Shown piece after piece: positions 27,733 to 32,000 of a stretch of 32,000 nucleotides of DNA. Location of the stretch: the NCBI GenBank assembly GCA_008080745.1, contig SHMX01000001.1, forward strand, positions 180,001 through 212,000, read 5' to 3'. The first letter of the stretch is position 1, and every line of letters begins with the position of its first letter. The stretch is from Candidatus Thorarchaeota archaeon. GTDB taxonomy: Archaea; Asgardarchaeota; Thorarchaeia; Thorarchaeales; Thorarchaeaceae. The notes under the pieces were generated by a model. It saw only the letters and a program-made list of their open reading frames with translations. It was not told where the DNA came from and did no database searches. Both the position numbers and the translations under genes were made by a program.

Positions 27733-27841
27733 GTAGCATATGGACTGCTTGGTCCGAAGTCTCTATGAAAACTAAAACGACGAGTTATTTTATACTTATC
27801 TTAAGGATACACAAATACATGGCTTGTAAGAGTGTTTCGGA

Positions 27842-28951
27842 TTAGCCACTATGCGCTTCTTTCAATTTCGGAATCCAAGATCGAAACTCTTTATTCAAAC
27901 GAGCAATATCGTTCTCATTTAGAGTCGCTGTAGCAGGATAGGACTTTAGCTCACGTGCAACTTTACCAAACTGAAATAGAACGGGAGAATGTACCTTGAT
28001 CATCTCCGTGAGGGTGTCACGAGCTTTTTCGAGTGCCTCTGCCATTTTTACAGCCTCTGTCTGAGGTTTAACCATATCCAATAGAGATTGCATAATTTCG
28101 TCCATTGTTCCCTCAGGTTCATAATCCACAGAAGGTTCTTCTTCTCCAGAATCTTCAGCTTTCTTCTGTTTTTTTGATTTCGTTTCTTTTTCTTCAGGTG
28201 CATAACCGGTATCTACGAATTTGCCAATAACAGCAAGAGCCTCATTAACCTCTTTGAGGGTCTTGTTATACTTTCGTTCAATATCATCAAGCTGACGAAC
28301 GATTATTCCTACAATCTCCTTGGTTTCCCCAAAACTGTCAGACAAATCACTAATTCGTTCTTCAAGAGTGGAAAGACTTGCCACATAGGACTGGAGTTCA
28401 TCAATTTTCTTGGAGATGACCTCTGTTTGAGACCCGGAAGTGTCACCTACCTCTTTTACACTGGTACACAGACCAGCTACCGAATTGATGATGTCATCCA
28501 TCTTTTTGCGAATTTCCTTCTCACCCTCATCAGAAGAGGCCTCTTTAAGTCGCTCATCAACATCTTTCATTGAGATAAGAACATCATCTATTTTCTTGAT
28601 AATGACTTCACCCTCTTTCGCATCAGTCATAGTCTTAATTCCAGTATCTATGCTCATTATAGTGTTGGCAATATCTTCCATCTTTTGTCCCAAAGTTTGA
28701 ATATCCTTAGATTCCTGAACCTTTTTGAGACCTGTATCTACATTTCTAACAGATGAAAGTAATTCATCAATTTTTGTTACTGGACTTATCTCCTTTTTCA
28801 CAGCGTCCAAGTCAGAATCGATAGCATCAACTTTCTTAGCCAAGCTTGGAATAATGCTTACCGCCTTCAGCACCTCTCTAATAGCTGCAAGCTCCTCTGA
28901 TATTCTATCTACTTTCTTTTCCAATTTCCCGATTGATGCTTCGTCCGACAT
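27842..28951 (-). CDS. Coiled-coil protein with 30-aa repeats and a C-terminal helical domain
   Basis: Heptad-rich N-terminal two thirds, a K/E-rich linker and a C-terminal domain ending EFRSWIPKL. Confidence 0.85.
   Translation of the reverse strand: MSDEASIGKLEKKVDRISEELAAIREVLKAVSIIPSLAKKVDAIDSDLDAVKKEISPVTKIDELLSSVRNVDTGLKKVQESKDIQTLGQKMEDIANTIMSIDTGIKTMTDAKEGEVIIKKIDDVLISMKDVDERLKEASSDEGEKEIRKKMDDIINSVAGLCTSVKEVGDTSGSQTEVISKKIDELQSYVASLSTLEERISDLSDSFGETKEIVGIIVRQLDDIERKYNKTLKEVNEALAVIGKFVDTGYAPEEKETKSKKQKKAEDSGEEEPSVDYEPEGTMDEIMQSLLDMVKPQTEAVKMAEALEKARDTLTEMIKVHSPVLFQFGKVARELKSYPATATLNENDIARLNKEFRSWIPKLKEAHSG
28382..28780 (-). repeat. Five imperfect ~30-aa (90-nt) tandem protein repeats
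   Basis: K[IM][DE][DE] at residues 60, 90, 120, 150 and 182; [VIL]D[TE]xxK-like at 71, 101, 131 and 161. Confidence 0.75.
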
Positions 28952-29053
28952 AGAGATCCCTACTCCAAGACTATGAAATCATCTTGTCTTATTACAATAT
29001 TTAGGCTTTTGGTAAAAATCATCCGCGTATTAAAATTCTGATGATAGTATTAT

Positions 29054-29887
29054 TTAATCTGATTTCAGTTCCTTTGCACGTATTATTTCAATCCCTAAAG
29101 ATTCAATCATTGGAATGATACGATCACGTTGGTCAGAAGTGGTACCTTTCCAGTCAAGTATTGCTTGATTTACAGATTCGTGGGTTCTATTAACCATCTG
29201 AGATACCAAATCTTGGTTGATTTCATCAAGTACGTATTTTGGAGCCATATGGCTTATGTGAATATTTTCTTCTAGGACAAGACGATTGAATTTCGAGGCA
29301 TAATGATTTCCCCCAAATGCAATAGATGCCCCTTTATTCATGGATACAGTGAGACAGTCGATAGCAGCAGCCGCTACTGCTTTAGCACCTTCAGGATGCT
29401 CCCAATATTCTTCATCAGAGCCAAGTTCAACAAATAACAGAGGTGTTTTCATACTGGTTGGACCATGATGAGTAACCTCAAGTGAAACATCAAATTCCGA
29501 AAGGTTACGATGATTTCGTTCTGAAAATAACCGTTTGTAAGCGGTTGAAACCAATGATGCTGTAGATATTGAGAGCTCGTAGGGCTGTCCACCGAATGAG
29601 TCATCGGAGAGATAATTGCCAGTGCTATGCACCAGTAGAGCTGGTTTTGCTGATTTTGACCTATGACGTGAGCAAAATATGAACACTTCTGCATCAAAAT
29701 GCTCATCCAAATGGTCACACCGAATCAAATCACGTTCACTAGTGATAAGAATGGAATCTGGTTCGTGTGTATAGATTTCATTCCCTTCAAAAATTTCGCC
29801 ATTTGAATGGAAACCATATTCATCGATTAGGACTTGCTTGATATTTTGACTAGCTGGATCTTTTACTGAGGTTACTATTACCCTCAA
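29054..29887 (-). CDS. dtdA: D-aminoacyl-tRNA deacylase (archaeal DTD2 type)
   Basis: DPASQNI, FCSRHRS, LLVHSTGN, EVTHHGPT, FVELGS, FGGNHY, HMAPKY, DWKG. Confidence 0.93.
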   Translation of the reverse strand: MRVIVTSVKDPASQNIKQVLIDEYGFHSNGEIFEGNEIYTHEPDSILITSERDLIRCDHLDEHFDAEVFIFCSRHRSKSAKPALLVHSTGNYLSDDSFGGQPYELSISTASLVSTAYKRLFSERNHRNLSEFDVSLEVTHHGPTSMKTPLLFVELGSDEEYWEHPEGAKAVAAAAIDCLTVSMNKGASIAFGGNHYASKFNRLVLEENIHISHMAPKYVLDEINQDLVSQMVNRTHESVNQAILDWKGTTSDQRDRIIPMIESLGIEIIRAKELKSD

Positions 29888-31134
29888 ACTGCCTCACCTG
29901 ATACAGGCTCGATACTACATTTCTGAAGAAGCGGTTCGAGGGTCTCACCATATTCAATTGAAACCTTAGCACTAAAGGATTTTAGAAGTTCTTTCTCAAT
30001 CCGAGATTTGTAATCTTTCATCTTTTCTAATTCACGTTCGATATCATCTTTCACGCGTAGCAAATCATTCTGATGATACTCTAGGTTCTTTCGAGCCTCC
30101 TCCACTTCAACCTTCAGTTTTGCATCTTTAGAGTAAACATCGGAGTCGGCAAATTCTTTTCGTTTGCGTTCTATTTCCTTTGCTTGTTCCTGAAGTTCAA
30201 AGAGTTCACCCTTCTTGATAGATTCAGCTTCTTCAATAGCACGCCTACCTAATCTGTCTTTCAGTGGAAATGCATCGGTCTCAACAGCTTGCTTCAATGC
30301 TTCAAGTCCTTCGATGAGACCTGGTTGTCCATCTGGCTCTTCTATTATTGCTTGGTAAGGATCTTCAAAATAGTCTAGTAATGCCTTTGATCCTGCTGGA
30401 CTAACTCTAACCCCGTGATCGTGCTGAAGGAACTTTTTAACTGGTTTCTTAAGGGTGTTTAATTTCATTCGTAATAAGGTAGCAATACGATCGGCTTCGT
30501 CATCAAGATTTAGCAGGTCTCCAACATTGGACTTTTCAACAAAATCACTGTATTTCTTTTTAGCAGCCATATACTCTCCACGAGCATGGTCAATCTTCAA
30601 ACGAACTTGTCTAATTTGCTCCTCGAATACGTCTCGACTGTATGTCATGTCGCGCAGAGTGTTAATCCTGGCATCTATTCGTTCCAAATCCTTAACCCAA
30701 CTGTATTCGTATAGAAGTTTGCCAAGTATTTTCATATCGCGTGATAGGTCTTTCATTAGATTGTCCAATACTTTAATGGTGCTCTTGTGTTTCTTATCCA
30801 TACGTTTAATCCATCGAGCACCTGCACCCCAAAGATCATTGATGAATTGTTGAATCTCCGCTTGCATATCCTCAGTACTTTCATAAGTAATATCTTGGTC
30901 AACCTCAAAACCATCCACTAACTCACGTAATTTCAGACCAAATCTAGTTGCAGTGCCTTCGCTATCCTCCTCGGTAGCCTCCTTCAGCAAATCTTTGGAT
31001 AATTCTTCAATATCTTTCAGAGTTCGACCTACAGATTTGTAGCTCTTTTCTGCATTTTTTCGAAAGTCCTTAGACTTTTTCTTTAACTGTTTCCTATACC
31101 ATTTAGACAAGGAGTCGATATCAAGTTGCGTCAT
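29884..31134 (-). CDS. Archaeal coiled-coil protein of unknown function
   Basis: Charged helical protein of about 416 aa; its stop overlaps the dtdA start (TTGA). ATG 31134 (MTQLD) preferred over 31209. Confidence 0.82.
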   Translation of the reverse strand: MTQLDIDSLSKWYRKQLKKKSKDFRKNAEKSYKSVGRTLKDIEELSKDLLKEATEEDSEGTATRFGLKLRELVDGFEVDQDITYESTEDMQAEIQQFINDLWGAGARWIKRMDKKHKSTIKVLDNLMKDLSRDMKILGKLLYEYSWVKDLERIDARINTLRDMTYSRDVFEEQIRQVRLKIDHARGEYMAAKKKYSDFVEKSNVGDLLNLDDEADRIATLLRMKLNTLKKPVKKFLQHDHGVRVSPAGSKALLDYFEDPYQAIIEEPDGQPGLIEGLEALKQAVETDAFPLKDRLGRRAIEEAESIKKGELFELQEQAKEIERKRKEFADSDVYSKDAKLKVEVEEARKNLEYHQNDLLRVKDDIERELEKMKDYKSRIEKELLKSFSAKVSIEYGETLEPLLQKCSIEPVSGEAV

Positions 31135-31276
31135 AAGAAATGAACACCCATCAAACGGAAATTCTTCAAGCACTTTATCAACTTTACGAAGCATGTAGAA
31201 TTGTTCCATTAGTCGATATCCGTAGTCTTATATCAATCACAGAGTACTCGTACACAACAAACAAACAGTGATTATC

Positions 31277-32000
31277 ATGTCTGAGCTCTTAGATACGGGA
31301 AACCAATATCCAAGGCTCGATATAGAATATGCTGTCGAATGTGCCTCATGAGGAAAAGGTCGCAAAGGCTTCTATTTCAAACGCCTAAGTCTGATAGACG
31401 AGTCCAATGAGAATTGTCTACTACTTAGAAATCCTGCGGACTACAAAGCAGGTTTCTGGGTATCATACATAATGAATGGTGAAATCCAAGTGTGTGGTTC
31501 AACTGATAGTGAAAGATTGAATCTCATCAGTCAAGAATATGATAAAGAACGGTATCACTTCACATTGGAGAATACCCCGCTGTTTAAGGAATCACCAGTT
31601 CTGAAATTTGACATTGATGTGTGGAGTTACAACGAACCCTTCATGCTTATTCGTCATGTTACACGAAATGTTGGCGAAGAACAAATAGAGGATTTGAAAA
31701 TCTACAACATCATGGACTTTGACATTGGAGGCCCCATAAGTTACAAAGATGATATGGGACTCTATAATACCGATACAGGGGTCATTATGGTATACGATCT
31801 AAGCTCACTTACCGTAGCAATGACTGGTATACCACAACCAAATGGTTGGGACTTGGACAAACCCACTAGTTTCAAACTAGAAGCAGACCGCGACCTTAGA
31901 GGAACCACAAAATTAGGACCACAAGATATTGCTACGGGATTGCAATGGGATCTCGGAAATCTTGATCCTTGCGACTCGAAAAAATTAGAAATTGTTCTTG
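31277..32000 (+). CDS. Candidate selenoprotein (CxxU) with a downstream beta-rich domain; runs off the window end
   Basis: ATG 31277: MSELLDTGNQYPRLDIEYAVECAS-[TGA 31349-31351]-GKGRKGFYFKRLSLIDESNENC..., then open to base 32000 with no further stop (...NVGEEQIEDLKIYNIMDFDIGG...GPQDIATGLQWDLGNLDPCDSKKLEIVL). Confidence 0.75.

Noticed and set aside
22954-31134. SMC, SbcC/Rad50 or ESCRT-III labels for the coiled-coil proteins
   Set aside because: No Walker A/B, signature motif or Zn-hook in any of them, and no recognisable Snf7 pattern; only generic coiled-coil composition.
31472-32000. Treating the last gene as an ordinary ORF starting at Met 31472
   Set aside because: This leaves 65 in-frame coding-like codons and the CxxU context unexplained, and no SD is evident at 31472. 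It is less likely but not formally excluded.
1-32000. CRISPR arrays, tRNA/rRNA genes, transposases, integrases, defence genes
   Set aside because: No regularly spaced direct repeats, cloverleaf-like GC-rich segments or mobile-element motifs were seen by eye, and intergenic gaps are short.

Overview
Gene-dense, AT-rich archaeal chromosomal window, most likely from an Asgard archaeon. The Thorarchaeia-like assignment is inference from a Rab-like pseudo-GTPase, a eukaryote-like CIA2/MIP18 protein and a probable selenocysteine codon. The left part (0.2-13 kb) is a fatty-acid/acyl-CoA catabolic region: two enoyl-CoA hydratases, an HDCF-type thiolase with its DUF35 partner, 3-hydroxyacyl-CoA dehydrogenase, a stand-alone SCP2 protein, a nitroreductase, ADP-forming acetate-CoA ligase and a Pta-like DRTGG protein. 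The middle holds a 46-aa CdrS-like RHH gene missed by the ORF track, a tandem pair of Cys-rich unknown paralogs, and housekeeping enzymes (NDP-sugar epimerase, YkgJ, aminotransferase, DUF362, ThiF/MoeB). The right part holds a degenerate Rab-like protein next to an acidic disordered poly-Pro protein, CIA2-like, RimI-like, a ~1290-aa TrmB/helical-rod protein with two unknown neighbours, dtdA and a coiled-coil protein. At the right edge, a truncated ORF absent from the ORF track has an in-frame TGA in a C-x-x-U motif (candidate selenoprotein), the top finding. Several short perfect hairpins sit at gene 3' ends. I saw no rRNA, tRNA, CRISPR array or mobile element. All product calls come from motif recognition by eye; no searches were run.
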